DNA of 64,000 nt from Candidatus Bathyarchaeota archaeon. Its GTDB lineage: Archaea > Thermoproteota > Bathyarchaeia > Bathyarchaeales > Bathycorpusculaceae. The position numbers and the translations under genes are program-made. Within the stretch, counting starts at the first letter, position 1; each line of letters begins with the position of its first letter. Shown here piece by piece: positions 39,814 through 50,294 of the stretch. The stretch covers positions 64,001 to 128,000 of the forward strand of contig CAWHXY010000007.1 in the NCBI GenBank assembly GCA_963833575.1. The letters run 5' to 3'. Below the pieces are notes generated by a model. The model did not search any database. It was not told the origin of the DNA and saw nothing but the letters and a program-made list of their open reading frames with translations.

Positions 39814-42618
39814 TCAATTAAGATTTAGTTGTTTTTTAACTTCATTTTCAGCCGCTTTAACTGCTTCTATCAATTTGTCAGGTTTCGTTCCTCCGCCTTG
39901 CGCAAAGTTGGCTCTGCCGCCGCCTCCGCCGCCAAAAATGTGTGCAACCTCCTTGATAATGAGGTTTGCGTTTATGCCTTTCTGGATTGCTGTTTCACCA
40001 GCCATAACCATGAGTCTGCAGGTCTTTCTGTCCGAACCATAAAAAATGGTTACAGTTGCTTCATTGTGCTTTATCATTTCGCTGGCGGTTTTCACCATGC
40101 GGTCAACATCAATAACTTCGCCGAAGTCACGTTTGAAAATTGATGTACCATCCATTTCCAATGTTTTCTCGTCAGTTTTCGTTTGCCCAACTGAGCTTTC
40201 TGCTAGTTCCTTGATTAGCTTGCGTTTCTCAACATTGACTTCTTTTAGTTCTTTTGCGATTTTCTCAGCTGTCTTATCCAACTTATCTATAGGTGCCATT
40301 AAAGCTTCAGAGACTTTCCAGAGTAGGGCTTCCTGTTTCTGCACTGCCTTCAATGCTTCTAACCCAACCGCGTAGCCTAACCGTTCAACTCCGTCTTGCA
40401 CGCGTTCTGTATAAACAATTTTGACAAAGCCCACTTCTAAAGTGCTTCCAAGGTGAGTTCCAGCGCAAGCTTCAACATCCCAATCGCCCGTCTTCACTAC
40501 CCGGATGTCTTTGCCTGGGACTGCGCCGCCTTGATAGAGCCTGAAGCCGTAAAGTGCTTCGGCCTCATTTCGAGGATACCATTTTATTTCAACTTTCATG
40601 TTAGCAGCGATAGCTCCATTTGCCAACGTTTCTATTTTGTGGGCTTCTTCTTGGCTTAATCTTTTGTAATGTGAAATGTCGAGTCGTGACGTTTCTAAAC
40701 CCTTCTGGGTTCCAGACTGCCAGACATGTTCCCCCAAAACTCTTCTTGCTGCTCCATTAATTAAATGCGTAACAGTATGAGCTTTCATCAACGAGTAGCG
40801 TCTGTTCCAGTCTAAAATGCCGTGAACTGTGCTGCCTTCTTTGACTGTTGGCAAGGTTGCGATTTTATGTATTATGACTTTGCCTATCTTTTGGGTATCA
40901 ACCACATCGAATTTTGAAGTGCCTGCTTTGAGCAATCCGTGGTCCGCCGGTTGCCCTCCGCCCTCTGGGTAAAAGCAGGTCCTATCCAAAACGACATATT
41001 TGTCGTTGATTACTCTTAGTACTTTAGCATCGAACTCCTGCATGTAAGTGTCAGTGTAGTAGAGTTGCTCTGTTGCTGGTAATTGTTCAGCTATTTTCTC
41101 GAGTGTTTTTTCAGCTTGGGTCTCTTCCTCTTCGGCTGGTTTAGTTGCTTGCATATGGCGTTTAGCAATTAATGCATAAAAGTTCTCAGGGAGCTCTACT
41201 TGCACGCCTTCTTTCTCTGCTGCTTGCTTGACAATTTCAGGTGGAAGTCCGTGTGAGTCGTACAGCTCCGTTAGCGTGTCCATAGGTAGTTTGCCTGTGC
41301 CTTTTGCTTTTAGGTCGTTGGCTATCCGCTTAACCATGCCTTCCCCGCGCTGAAGAGTTTCCTTGAACTTTTCTTCCTCAACTTTAAGCATTTCAACAAT
41401 CTCGTTTTGCATTTCTTTGAGGCGTGGGAAGTCTTTTGACCAGTAATCAACTTGCATGTCTACAATGTCATAGAGTTTTGCTGGATCCATGTTTAGGGTT
41501 CGCATTAGACGGTAAACTCTGCGGAATAATAGTCTTGCCAAGTATCCTTCTTGGATGTTGGATGGGACGACGCCTTCGGAAAGTATGAAACTTAATGTTT
41601 TAGTGTGGTCGGTTACTGCCCATGCGTTCTCAATAGGAACCAACACTTCTTCAAGTGTTTTTATGTCGATTCCTGCAAGTTCTGCCACTCGCCTGCGGGT
41701 AACCATTCTGTTCGCGTTCTTGTCAACGCTTACTAAACCCGAGTACTTAGCCACTCGAGCCAAAAACTCGTCATCAACATTGGTTATGCCCGCCATAGCG
41801 TAGATTTTGTCGATCATTTTTCCATAAATCGCTTGGAATGCACTTGTTTCTCCCTGACTGATCCATGCAAATCGATCAATGCCATACCCTGTATCTACGG
41901 TGCGTATGGGCAACTCGACAAATTCGTCGCCGACAACCTTGTACTGCATAAATACCAATGTGCCAACCTCTATGCCTCGGCATATGCATTCTACATCTGG
42001 ACCAGCGTTGCCTCCGCCAATCCATACGCCTTCTTTGTAAATGACTTCTTCCGACTTTATTCCTAGCGCTTCCGTGGCGAAGCGGTGGTGGAAACGAACG
42101 GTGTCATCTTTCCAGTACACTTCTTTGTCTGGATAGTTGAATGCGTGAGCTCCGCCCATCTCGAAGATGGTTAGGTGCCTGCCGAAGGTGGGGCCTGTAT
42201 TGGAAATATCTGTAAGTCTGATAGATGGCTGAGAAATTACCAGCGGATTTGCCGGTGGCGGAGCAATACCTTCAGTCACGTAAGGTTGAAAGTCAATTAT
42301 GCTTGCGTGCGTTAAGTAAATGTCTTTGCGCCATCTGGCAACAACGGGGTAAGGTTTGATGCGGGTGTGTCCGTTTTTTTCGAAAAAACTGAGAAATGCT
42401 TCTCTCATCTCTGAAAGGCTGAAGCTTCTTTTTGTGGCTGGATTATTGATGAAAGTGTAGTATCCGCATTCATCAGAGGTGGATTCGCCGCAAGTCTCTT
42501 GATGAGCGTTTTGAGTCCAATAGTACTCTCCGCATTTGGGACAATGCTTTCTAACGAACCCTTCCTCTTTAAAGAATGGAAGCGCATAAGCTTCTGCTGG
42601 AAACGTTTTCTCAACCAT
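39814..42618 (-). CDS. alaS: Alanine--tRNA ligase (archaeal type)
   Basis: N-terminal CxxC, PYPVVARWR, editing motif HTVTH...CAGTH and C-Ala GGGGG. Confidence 0.96.
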   Translation of the reverse strand: MVEKTFPAEAYALPFFKEEGFVRKHCPKCGEYYWTQNAHQETCGESTSDECGYYTFINNPATKRSFSLSEMREAFLSFFEKNGHTRIKPYPVVARWRKDIYLTHASIIDFQPYVTEGIAPPPANPLVISQPSIRLTDISNTGPTFGRHLTIFEMGGAHAFNYPDKEVYWKDDTVRFHHRFATEALGIKSEEVIYKEGVWIGGGNAGPDVECICRGIEVGTLVFMQYKVVGDEFVELPIRTVDTGYGIDRFAWISQGETSAFQAIYGKMIDKIYAMAGITNVDDEFLARVAKYSGLVSVDKNANRMVTRRRVAELAGIDIKTLEEVLVPIENAWAVTDHTKTLSFILSEGVVPSNIQEGYLARLLFRRVYRLMRTLNMDPAKLYDIVDMQVDYWSKDFPRLKEMQNEIVEMLKVEEEKFKETLQRGEGMVKRIANDLKAKGTGKLPMDTLTELYDSHGLPPEIVKQAAEKEGVQVELPENFYALIAKRHMQATKPAEEEETQAEKTLEKIAEQLPATEQLYYTDTYMQEFDAKVLRVINDKYVVLDRTCFYPEGGGQPADHGLLKAGTSKFDVVDTQKIGKVIIHKIATLPTVKEGSTVHGILDWNRRYSLMKAHTVTHLINGAARRVLGEHVWQSGTQKGLETSRLDISHYKRLSQEEAHKIETLANGAIAANMKVEIKWYPRNEAEALYGFRLYQGGAVPGKDIRVVKTGDWDVEACAGTHLGSTLEVGFVKIVYTERVQDGVERLGYAVGLEALKAVQKQEALLWKVSEALMAPIDKLDKTAEKIAKELKEVNVEKRKLIKELAESSVGQTKTDEKTLEMDGTSIFKRDFGEVIDVDRMVKTASEMIKHNEATVTIFYGSDRKTCRLMVMAGETAIQKGINANLIIKEVAHIFGGGGGGRANFAQGGGTKPDKLIEAVKAAENEVKKQLNLN

Positions 42619-42830
42619 GCCGTTTGCCTCTTTTAGCCTGCTAGATAGTTTGCGTATGGAAGAGGGTTTATGGGTTTCAGTGATTTAAAGGATTTCAATA
42701 CAAAAAGAAGTTTGTTAGCTAAAGGTTACAGTAACGTTCGGTTTGGGTGTTCGTTGTTTTTGGTGCAATTTTTTTTCTTTGTGTTTTGAGTTGCTTTCTT
42801 GATTTAGGCTTTGATTTGATTGCAGGTTGC

Positions 42831-42912
42831 GTAGGAATTCGGCTAGATTCGTACAGTTTCGTACAGAAAAGTATAAAAAAGTAGAAAAAAGGTTAGAAAA
42901 GTATAAAAAAGG
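42831..42912 (+). repeat. About eight degenerate 10-bp tandem repeats (GTAYA core) upstream of copy B
   Basis: gtaggaattc ggctagattc gtacagtttc gtacagaaaa gtataaaaaa gtagaaaaaa ggttagaaaa gtataaaaaa. Confidence 0.75.
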
Positions 42913-42930
42913 TTGTTGGAGAGATAGGTT

Positions 42931-43206
42931 TTGCCATTAACTCATAGAGTTAGCTTTAAGGTGCAGTTGCAGAATCAGAGTCGTTTTCAAGTGCCTAAAG
43001 TTGTAAGGTGGCACTATAAGCTTGAGTCTTCTCAGATGCTCAAAGTTTCTTTAAGGGTATTTAATTTGGGATTTCAGGAAGATTTCTTGGCTAGAATGCA
43101 TCCAGATGGCCGCATAACAGTTCCCAGGCTAATTATCGTTCAGTTGAAACAAAATATGACTGACCTTAAATCCTGCTTCATTGAAGTAGCGCTTGAACCA
43201 GCATAA
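42931..43206 (+). CDS. Tandem-AbrB (MraZ-like) small DNA-binding protein, element copy B
   Basis: QSRFQVPK and PDGRITVP motifs; ends in LEPA like copy A. Confidence 0.8.
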   Translation: MPLTHRVSFKVQLQNQSRFQVPKVVRWHYKLESSQMLKVSLRVFNLGFQEDFLARMHPDGRITVPRLIIVQLKQNMTDLKSCFIEVALEPA

Positions 43207-43280
43207 AGCTTCGATTACGAATATCTAAGGAAAACAAATTGAGAGCGGCGACTTTGCTTTATCGGAAAAACCGGAAAGCT

Positions 43281-44624
43281 TCAAGGAAAATGCCATTCAT
43301 TAATGAGTCCAGGTTTAACTTCACGGCTTTTCTCTTGTCCATATCTTATTAATGGTTTAGTAAGATGACGCTGAGACCTAGTAGAAGTAATATACAATTC
43401 AGGCTTAAGCCCTCTAGAAACAACAAATTCCTGTTTTTTTAATCGAGCAAATTTTTTGCCGCATTTTTCGCAGCGAAACCCTTGGTTTTTGCCCATAGAT
43501 TTCAACCGTTTGTCGCAGGCAGGACAAAGTGGATTCTCCTTTCGCGTTTTCGGCTTAAGCTTCAAGATATTGATTTTTTCCAGATTAATTGTTAACGGCT
43601 TACTCGACGTTGCCTCATGAACAGCTCCATAAACTTCAATGCAGTCGCCAACAATAAGTTCTCTCGCTATTTTTCTTAAGCACCCGGTTGGCTCATAAGC
43701 GGCACAATCCACTTCGGCTGAATCGTCACCAAGAGAAAAGAATACGTGACGCAAAGGAATTATCCGCGGCTCCTTTGATACAACGCCTTTAACGATAACT
43801 GAACTGTAAGGCTCAATCTTGTTTAATCCATCAATACGTCTTAAGTGGGCATCGGTGCCTTGGTTTGAGCGGAAAATAACCCAGCGTTCAACAGGTTCAA
43901 GTGGTTTCACCAGCTCGTAAGCCTTCTTTACTGTTTCGGCCGATTCTCCTCTTATTCCAAACAAAATTGGATCTGGACCACGAGGTGTAATAATCACCCT
44001 GCGAGTCTCTGAATCTACATTGTTAAACGTGTAGGGCTGCAATTGTTTATCCATCTCAAAAATTGAGTCTTCATCCACTTTCCGTTTGGAACCCCAATTT
44101 TCCTTCACCCTGTAAGCAATTAACTCGTAGGTGTAATCGCCATCCAAAGTTTCGCCAATGGATGCTAAAGCGCCAATGATGCCTCTGCATGAGTTAAACC
44201 CTAACGCTTCCGCTTTGAGTTTTTTGATAAGAGCCATTGCTTCTTTAAGCGTTACAATGCTTGTCTCGGTTTTCTTCGAAAAGGCTTTAAGTTCTTCGGG
44301 GATTTTCTGACTTTTTAAAAAAACTATTCCTGGATCTGTGCCTTTCTCTTTGATGGCTGAGTTTTCTTCCCATAACGCAATAGCTGATTCTTTTATTTTC
44401 TCTTCAAAGATCTCATCATAGCTAAATCTTAGACATAGTGCGCCGTTGCCTCTTGTTTTCCAAGGTACATTAGGATTGAGTCTAATGAGGCTTGGATAAT
44501 CTATAAAATGGACGCGGAATTCATCAAGTTTTTCAACAAGTAATGCTGCAAGATATGTTGTACAGCCACCTTTGGTTGAGTCAGTATCATCTAAGCCAAT
44601 ATGCATTACCTGTTGCGGAGTCAA
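43281..44624 (-). CDS. tiaS: tRNA(Ile2) agmatidine synthetase
   Basis: IGLDDTDS..GGCTTY, RLNPNVPWKTRGNG, P.GPDP.LFGIRG, NQGTD, Zn ribbon and RHLTKP. Confidence 0.95.
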   Translation of the reverse strand: MTPQQVMHIGLDDTDSTKGGCTTYLAALLVEKLDEFRVHFIDYPSLIRLNPNVPWKTRGNGALCLRFSYDEIFEEKIKESAIALWEENSAIKEKGTDPGIVFLKSQKIPEELKAFSKKTETSIVTLKEAMALIKKLKAEALGFNSCRGIIGALASIGETLDGDYTYELIAYRVKENWGSKRKVDEDSIFEMDKQLQPYTFNNVDSETRRVIITPRGPDPILFGIRGESAETVKKAYELVKPLEPVERWVIFRSNQGTDAHLRRIDGLNKIEPYSSVIVKGVVSKEPRIIPLRHVFFSLGDDSAEVDCAAYEPTGCLRKIARELIVGDCIEVYGAVHEATSSKPLTINLEKINILKLKPKTRKENPLCPACDKRLKSMGKNQGFRCEKCGKKFARLKKQEFVVSRGLKPELYITSTRSQRHLTKPLIRYGQEKSREVKPGLINEWHFP

Positions 44625-44779
44625 AGTCAGCGTTCTCCAAATTAAAAAGAGAATGCCCTGTGAGTAAAAAAATGTTGTTTAGCATAAACTGAAATTTGCC
44701 TGAGATTATACAACCATAAGGTAACGTTCAAAAAACACTTTTTTCTAGTGTTGTTGATTGCCGTTTTTTGCAGATATTA

Positions 44780-44993
44780 TCCTTATTAGTTTTGAATTTA
44801 TTTTTGTGTTTTTAAAGATTTTTTAGTTGTTGTCGACTTAAGATCCTCCAGATTCTGAGCTTTTAATTTGCGGTTATGTCGTAGGCTTCTCAAAGGCGAT
44901 GTGCTTCTTCAACCCTTCAATTTTCTTTAGTGTTTTAACCGTCTCTTTTTCTGCCCCAATTTTAATTCTTACAACAATGTATGTTGTTGGCGT
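44780..44993 (-). pseudogene. Degraded Lrp/AsnC ligand-binding-domain gene
   Basis: (ACG)PTTYIVVRIKIGAEKETVKTLKKIEG / VEEAHRL*EAYDITA / KAQNLEDLKS aligns with 45531-45767, with frameshifts and a stop. Confidence 0.7.
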
Positions 44994-45530
44994 TTTCTTA
45001 CGACTTCGCTTATTTTATTTTAAGCTGCTTTCAGAGGTTTGGATAATCTTTTTCGTTCGAGTGGAACTAAAAAAGTTTCAGCGGGTATCCAAACCTCTTC
45101 ATCCAAGCGATAAAAAATTTAGTGCATCTGATTGCGGTAAGAGATCTTACTTTCCTGCAGCCTCTTTCATCCATACTATGTTGGAATTGCAAATATCCTT
45201 TCCTTCTTTCAGTGCTCCAGACGCACAGGAATCTAAGTTAGTTGCACAAAATTTAAAATTATGTGGTTGCCTCTAGCCAATCACAACAAAGCGGTAAGTT
45301 CAATAGAACTTAGTTGTAAAGATAACGCTATTCATAAAAAAGTGGTGTCTAAAATATCCGTCTATTTGTTTTTTTGGAAATTGTTATCGAACTAAGGCAT
45401 TTGAATTCTATTACATTTTTTTTCAGAAGTTTTTTCCATAATGCTTGAAGTTAGCTTGTTAACAAGAATTTTATAATAATAATTAATTGTTCGGAGAAAT
45501 TATTAAAAGAAAGGGAGTTAAGTGAGTAAC

Positions 45531-45767
45531 TTATCGTTCCTCGACAACGATCATTGTTAATGTCGACCGAACTTTATCAAGCCGTCGAATTCGCCATGTA
45601 ACAATTTCTTTTAGCTTGTCCATAGTGTCCGCCTTGACTCTAGCGACTATGTCGTAAACTCCGTAAACGGCCGACGCTTCTTCTACGCCTTCAACTTTCT
45701 TAAGTTCTTTTAGTACATCTGATTCTGAACCTATTTCTGTATTTATTAGAACAAAGGCTGTGGGCAT
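45531..45767 (-). CDS. Stand-alone Lrp/AsnC ligand-binding (RAM) domain protein
   Basis: MPTAFVLIN...GVYDIVA...VRSTLT. Confidence 0.9.
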   Translation of the reverse strand: MPTAFVLINTEIGSESDVLKELKKVEGVEEASAVYGVYDIVARVKADTMDKLKEIVTWRIRRLDKVRSTLTMIVVEER

Positions 45768-45882
45768 ATCGATCCAACTCTAAGAATTGATAAGTTTAGA
45801 CTCCATTAAAAAGTTTCCTAGAGAGCCTTACGAATCACCACTTGAATCAGCGTGTAACTGCTAAATTGAAGATTTAGAAATT

Positions 45883-46926
45883 CTAAAGATTTGCGCTTTG
45901 CTTTTTTCTTATAATTTTGATCCCTGCCCATTGCAATGCAGCATATGATATTATCAGTCTAAACCACAAACTCACAACTCTTGTTAAGAGGGTTACAGAT
46001 ACACTTAGGGCTGCAGGGATTCCAAGAGCAGTAAATGAAACACTCATAATTAATTCTGGGAATCCGAAAAAAGTCAAGCCAACCGTTTGAAGGATTCCAG
46101 TTAAAGTGAAAACAATAAGCACTTTATCAACAGGAATGGAATAACCTAGGGCTAGAAAAGTCAAAAAAATTACCGAAATTTCAAAAATGAAACTTATAAT
46201 GTCATAAAGGATGGGTTTAACAAGCGCTTTGGGCTTAGCTTTCAATTGTTCGATGCTTACATGAAATTTACTTAAAAATAGTTCCGCTTTTAGCCGAAAA
46301 TTTTTAGGGTCCCATTTTTTCCTAAAGTACGATAATAGTCTTATTCCACAATTCAACAAGATTGTAGTTGTTTTCGGCTTAAGGCTTATATAATAAATTA
46401 GAAGTACCGAAAAGATTGATAACGCTAACACAAGGGCAATTAAAAAAATTACTATAAACGGCAGGGGATAACTAAATAGCACTAATCCTAAACCAAGACT
46501 TAAAGCCACAACTGTAATTGTTATATTGAAAATTTTCTGTCCAACAACGGAAGCGCCTATTTTTGCTGAGCCTTGATTTAAATCCTTAGTTAGAAAGTAA
46601 GTTTTAGATATCTCTCCGGACCATCCAAGTTGTGGAACCATTGCTTCAAAGAATAACCCGACCCACGTTAACAATAGAGATTTTCGAATGCTGATTTTTA
46701 CTGATAAATTGTTTAGCAGGTTCCGCCAAACTAGGGCAGAAAAGAACGCGAACATAAAATAGGCTATGAAGGCGCTTGCAAAAAATGCAAGGTTTGTCTT
46801 TAAGAGTATGTCAATGACTTGGGCTGGATTAATGAAGAAGTATAGGTAAACGATGAAGGCAACTAATCCTAAAATTAAGATTATTAGAATTGTGTTTAGC
46901 CGTACTGGTGTTTTTTCCGTAGTCAT
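45883..46926 (-). CDS. Lysylphosphatidylglycerol-synthase TM / flippase-like (UPF0104) protein
   Basis: Multi-TM; W..LL, P...SGE..K and LLTR..S.W patterns. Confidence 0.8.
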   Translation of the reverse strand: MTTEKTPVRLNTILIILILGLVAFIVYLYFFINPAQVIDILLKTNLAFFASAFIAYFMFAFFSALVWRNLLNNLSVKISIRKSLLLTWVGLFFEAMVPQLGWSGEISKTYFLTKDLNQGSAKIGASVVGQKIFNITITVVALSLGLGLVLFSYPLPFIVIFLIALVLALSIFSVLLIYYISLKPKTTTILLNCGIRLLSYFRKKWDPKNFRLKAELFLSKFHVSIEQLKAKPKALVKPILYDIISFIFEISVIFLTFLALGYSIPVDKVLIVFTLTGILQTVGLTFFGFPELIMSVSFTALGIPAALSVSVTLLTRVVSLWFRLIISYAALQWAGIKIIRKKQSANL

Positions 46927-47171
46927 CTAAGTATTTCAAGCCTTTGTTTAGACTTTCGCAGTTGAACTTTTAAGCGTATGCAAAGAAAGTGGCTTTTTCC
47001 ATTCAATCGGAGGGTTCTTGGATGTAATAAAAAGTCATAATTACAATTAAGAAATGTCAATAAAATTAGTTATTGTAATTTGATAAACGTTGGTCAAATA
47101 GCCACTTTGCTGTTCGATTTATTAAACAAAAAAGAGAGCAAGATTTTTTCTTGCTTTGCTAAGTCTTGACT

Positions 47172-47405
47172 TTATTCTTCCATCATTATCAAAGTTAACG
47201 TGGACCGTACTCTGCCGATGGATCTTACTTTTTGTGTTACCATTTCTTTGAGTCGTTCCATTGAGTCAGCTTTTATTTTGGTGATTATGTCATAAACTCC
47301 ATATGAAAAGTATGCTTCTTCGACGCCTTCGATTTTTTTTAGGTCATTAACAACTTCTTGTTCGGCTCCTGATTCAACGTTTATTAATACAAAGGCTTTG
47401 GGCAT
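47172..47405 (-). CDS. Stand-alone Lrp/AsnC ligand-binding (RAM) domain protein
   Basis: MPKAFVLIN...YGVYDII...VRSTLTL; start trimmed. Confidence 0.9.
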   Translation of the reverse strand: MPKAFVLINVESGAEQEVVNDLKKIEGVEEAYFSYGVYDIITKIKADSMERLKEMVTQKVRSIGRVRSTLTLIMMEE

Positions 47406-47704
47406 TTTTTGTCTCCACAAAAGATACTTGGTGACCTCTTAATTAAAATTTTTCTAGAGAAATTCTTTTCCTATGCCCTTAGAGCTTTGTTTGGACGTTC
47501 TTCTAGTGCAATATTGGCTATAATGGGCATATAGCCTATTGTACTGCCTTTTACGCGAAACCACAAATGTAGATAGTAACCGGTTTCATTACTTTGTTTA
47601 TGTGGTGAAAGTGAATCATTGACGATTGTACATTTTTACAACTGAGCACACAAAAGAGTTATATGAAGTAAGCTTGAAAGGTGTAGGATATTGCGGCGAG
47701 TACC

Positions 47705-49333
47705 ATGGTTAAGTATATTTTCGTTACGGGCGGAGTATTAAGCTCAGTCGGTAAGGGCATATTAACATCTTCTATCGGTAAAATGCTTCAAGCCCGAGGG
47801 CTAAAACCCACGGTTGTAAAAATCGATCCATATGTGAACGTTGATGCAGGAACCATGAATCCATACATGCATGGTGAAGTCTTCGTTACCGATGACGGCG
47901 GGGAAACCGATCTGGACTTAGGCTGGTACGAACGTTTCTTAGACTTAAGCCTCAAGCAAGAAAACAACTTAACAACAGGCATTGTTTACAAATCTGTAAT
48001 TGAAAAAGAAAGACGCGGTGACTTTTTAGGACGTTGTGTCCAAATTGTGCCTCATATAACTAACGAAATAAAAAATCGCATTAAAAGTGTTGGTAAATCG
48101 TCATGCGCTGATGTAGTTCTAACCGAAGTTGGCGGAACAGTTGGAGACATTGAAGGTTTGCCATTTCTTGAAGCTATACGTCAAATGCGTCTTGAGGAAG
48201 GTTACGAAAATACGCTTTATGTTCACGTAGCTTTGGTCCCGATTTTAGATGTTACCAGTGAAATGAAAACGAAACCTTTGCAGCATAGCGTTAACGAACT
48301 ACGACGTATCGGTGTTCAACCTGACACAATAGTAGCTAGAAGCCCTAAAATGATTGATGCTGAAGCGCTCAGAAAAATAGCGTTGTTTGGCACTATTCCA
48401 GAAAGCGCTGTTTTCTGCTCTTTTAATGCTGATTCCGTTTATCAAGTACCGCTTATTTTAGATAAACAGGGCATGGGTGACTTTATCTGTCAGCGCCTAG
48501 GCTTCAAGTGCGATGGTAAAGACTTTGGTAATTGGAAACAATATGTAGATGCTGCCCTCAATCCGGAGTACGAAGTTAAAATAGCGTTGGTAGGCAAGTA
48601 TGCTGGGTTAACCGACAGCTACGTAAGCATGACCGAGGCACTTCGGCATGGAGCTGCCGCAAACAAAGCCAAAGTTTGTATATCCTACCTTGAAGCTGAG
48701 AAACTAGAGCATGAACCCGATTGCATAAAGGACCTTGCAAATTTCGACGGTGTTTTTGTTCCATATGGTTTTGGGCCTAGAGGGACTGAAGGTAAAATCG
48801 CGGCTACCAAGTTTGCTCGAGAAAACGATATCCCGTTCTTAGGAATATGTTACGGTTTTCAACTGGCAGTTATTGAATTTGCTCGGAACGTTTGCGGCTT
48901 AAAAGATGCAAACAGCACAGAGATTAATCCTGAGTCTCCTTATCCAATAATTGATCTAATGCCTGAACAACGAGGAATAGAACTCAAAGGTGCAACAATG
49001 CGTTTGGGTGCTCACAAGATTATTTTACAAAAAGGTTCAGTTGCTTACAATTTATGGGGACAAGAAGAAATATACGAACGTCACCGCCACCGCTTCGAAG
49101 TTAACTTAGACTACTTAGAAACCCTCAAAAACAATGGTTTATGCTTTACAGGCAAAAGTTCCGACGGCAGAAGAATGGAAACTTTAGAGTACGCAAAGAA
49201 CTACTTTTTCTTTGCTTCGCAGTTCCATGGAGAATTTAAAAGCCGACCTGGAAGACCTTCACCTGAGTACTTTGGATTCCTTCAAGCCTGCGTAAACAAA
49301 AAACTTGGAAAACCAAAAGTTACCGTGTCTTAA
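47705..49333 (+). CDS. pyrG: CTP synthase
   Basis: KYIFVTGGV.S.VGKG and GICYGFQ, ERHRHR, QFHGE glutaminase motifs. Confidence 0.97.
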   Translation: MVKYIFVTGGVLSSVGKGILTSSIGKMLQARGLKPTVVKIDPYVNVDAGTMNPYMHGEVFVTDDGGETDLDLGWYERFLDLSLKQENNLTTGIVYKSVIEKERRGDFLGRCVQIVPHITNEIKNRIKSVGKSSCADVVLTEVGGTVGDIEGLPFLEAIRQMRLEEGYENTLYVHVALVPILDVTSEMKTKPLQHSVNELRRIGVQPDTIVARSPKMIDAEALRKIALFGTIPESAVFCSFNADSVYQVPLILDKQGMGDFICQRLGFKCDGKDFGNWKQYVDAALNPEYEVKIALVGKYAGLTDSYVSMTEALRHGAAANKAKVCISYLEAEKLEHEPDCIKDLANFDGVFVPYGFGPRGTEGKIAATKFARENDIPFLGICYGFQLAVIEFARNVCGLKDANSTEINPESPYPIIDLMPEQRGIELKGATMRLGAHKIILQKGSVAYNLWGQEEIYERHRHRFEVNLDYLETLKNNGLCFTGKSSDGRRMETLEYAKNYFFFASQFHGEFKSRPGRPSPEYFGFLQACVNKKLGKPKVTVS

Positions 49334-49394
49334 GGCAATTACTAGAAAAGGCTATAATGCATGATTTACATGAAACGTTAAGGATTGAGAAAAA

Positions 49395-49685
49395 ATGGAA
49401 GAAAAAGGAAATTGGGATTCAAAAGGTTTTAGCAAGCAGATGAAGGAAAGTAAAGATGAACTGGGCGACTTGCGCAAAGAACTCAATTGCGTCATGGCAA
49501 AATTCTGTTTACGTGCACTGAGGGTTTATCAATCTACAAGACCTGAACCGCTAAGACCAAGCGAAATTGCTTTGTTGATTAGAAATGAACTTAATTTCTC
49601 ATTAGCAGATCTTACAGCGCAGCCGAATTTGGATAATATTACGGCGCTTGTCAAGGAAGAATGGGCTAAAGAGAATAAACAATAA
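49395..49685 (+). CDS. Hypothetical protein
   Basis: 96-aa ORF with plausible start and downstream T tract. Confidence 0.65.
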   Translation: MEEKGNWDSKGFSKQMKESKDELGDLRKELNCVMAKFCLRALRVYQSTRPEPLRPSEIALLIRNELNFSLADLTAQPNLDNITALVKEEWAKENKQ

Positions 49686-49756
49686 TTTTTTCTTTTAAAA
49701 CTAGTATTATTTTTTATTTGTTTAAAATAAAATAAAAAAATTAGTTTATCGTTTGT

Positions 49757-50179
49757 TTATTTTGTGCGGCAGAATTCTTCCATTGTCGACATTAATGATG
49801 GGACTGCGTAGATTACGTCTCTGTCATTTAGCATGCCTGCGAGGCAACCATTTTTGTCAACGATTGGTAAGTGTTTTATTTTCCAGTGTTTCATCAGTTT
49901 AGCTGCTTCTTCAACGGTTGCTTCTTCATCAATTGTAACCAGCGGGTTTGTGTAGACCATTCTTGCAATTATTGTGTTCAGTGGTACGCCATGTTCAACT
50001 GCTCTGACCAGAACATCTTTGACTGTTATGATTCCGGTTGGTTTTCCGCTTTGCTCAACAAGGATTGCATCTTTGTCAAATTTAGTCATTAAAGCAATAA
50101 CTTCTTTCACTGTAGTATTATTGTTGACTGTTTTAACATCTTTGGACATTATGTCTCTCACGAGAACATTGCTTGCCAT
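49757..50179 (-). CDS. CBS-domain pair protein
   Basis: VRDIMSKDV, GIITVKD and IKHLPIVD motifs. Confidence 0.92.
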   Translation of the reverse strand: MASNVLVRDIMSKDVKTVNNNTTVKEVIALMTKFDKDAILVEQSGKPTGIITVKDVLVRAVEHGVPLNTIIARMVYTNPLVTIDEEATVEEAAKLMKHWKIKHLPIVDKNGCLAGMLNDRDVIYAVPSLMSTMEEFCRTK

Positions 50180-50294
50180 TCAATTTTCACCTTAACGTCT
50201 ATCACAAAAGCACACCCATTTATCAATTTTTTGTTTTATCAACGCAGACTTGTGCAACCCTTAAAAACCTGTTTTTTTCATTCTTTTTTAGAAG

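Noticed and set aside
44899-45276. 125-aa plus-strand ORF and stop-riddled minus-strand frame at 45020-45240
   Set aside because: The plus ORF overlaps the antisense Lrp pseudogene and has no motifs; the minus frame could not be assigned to a family.
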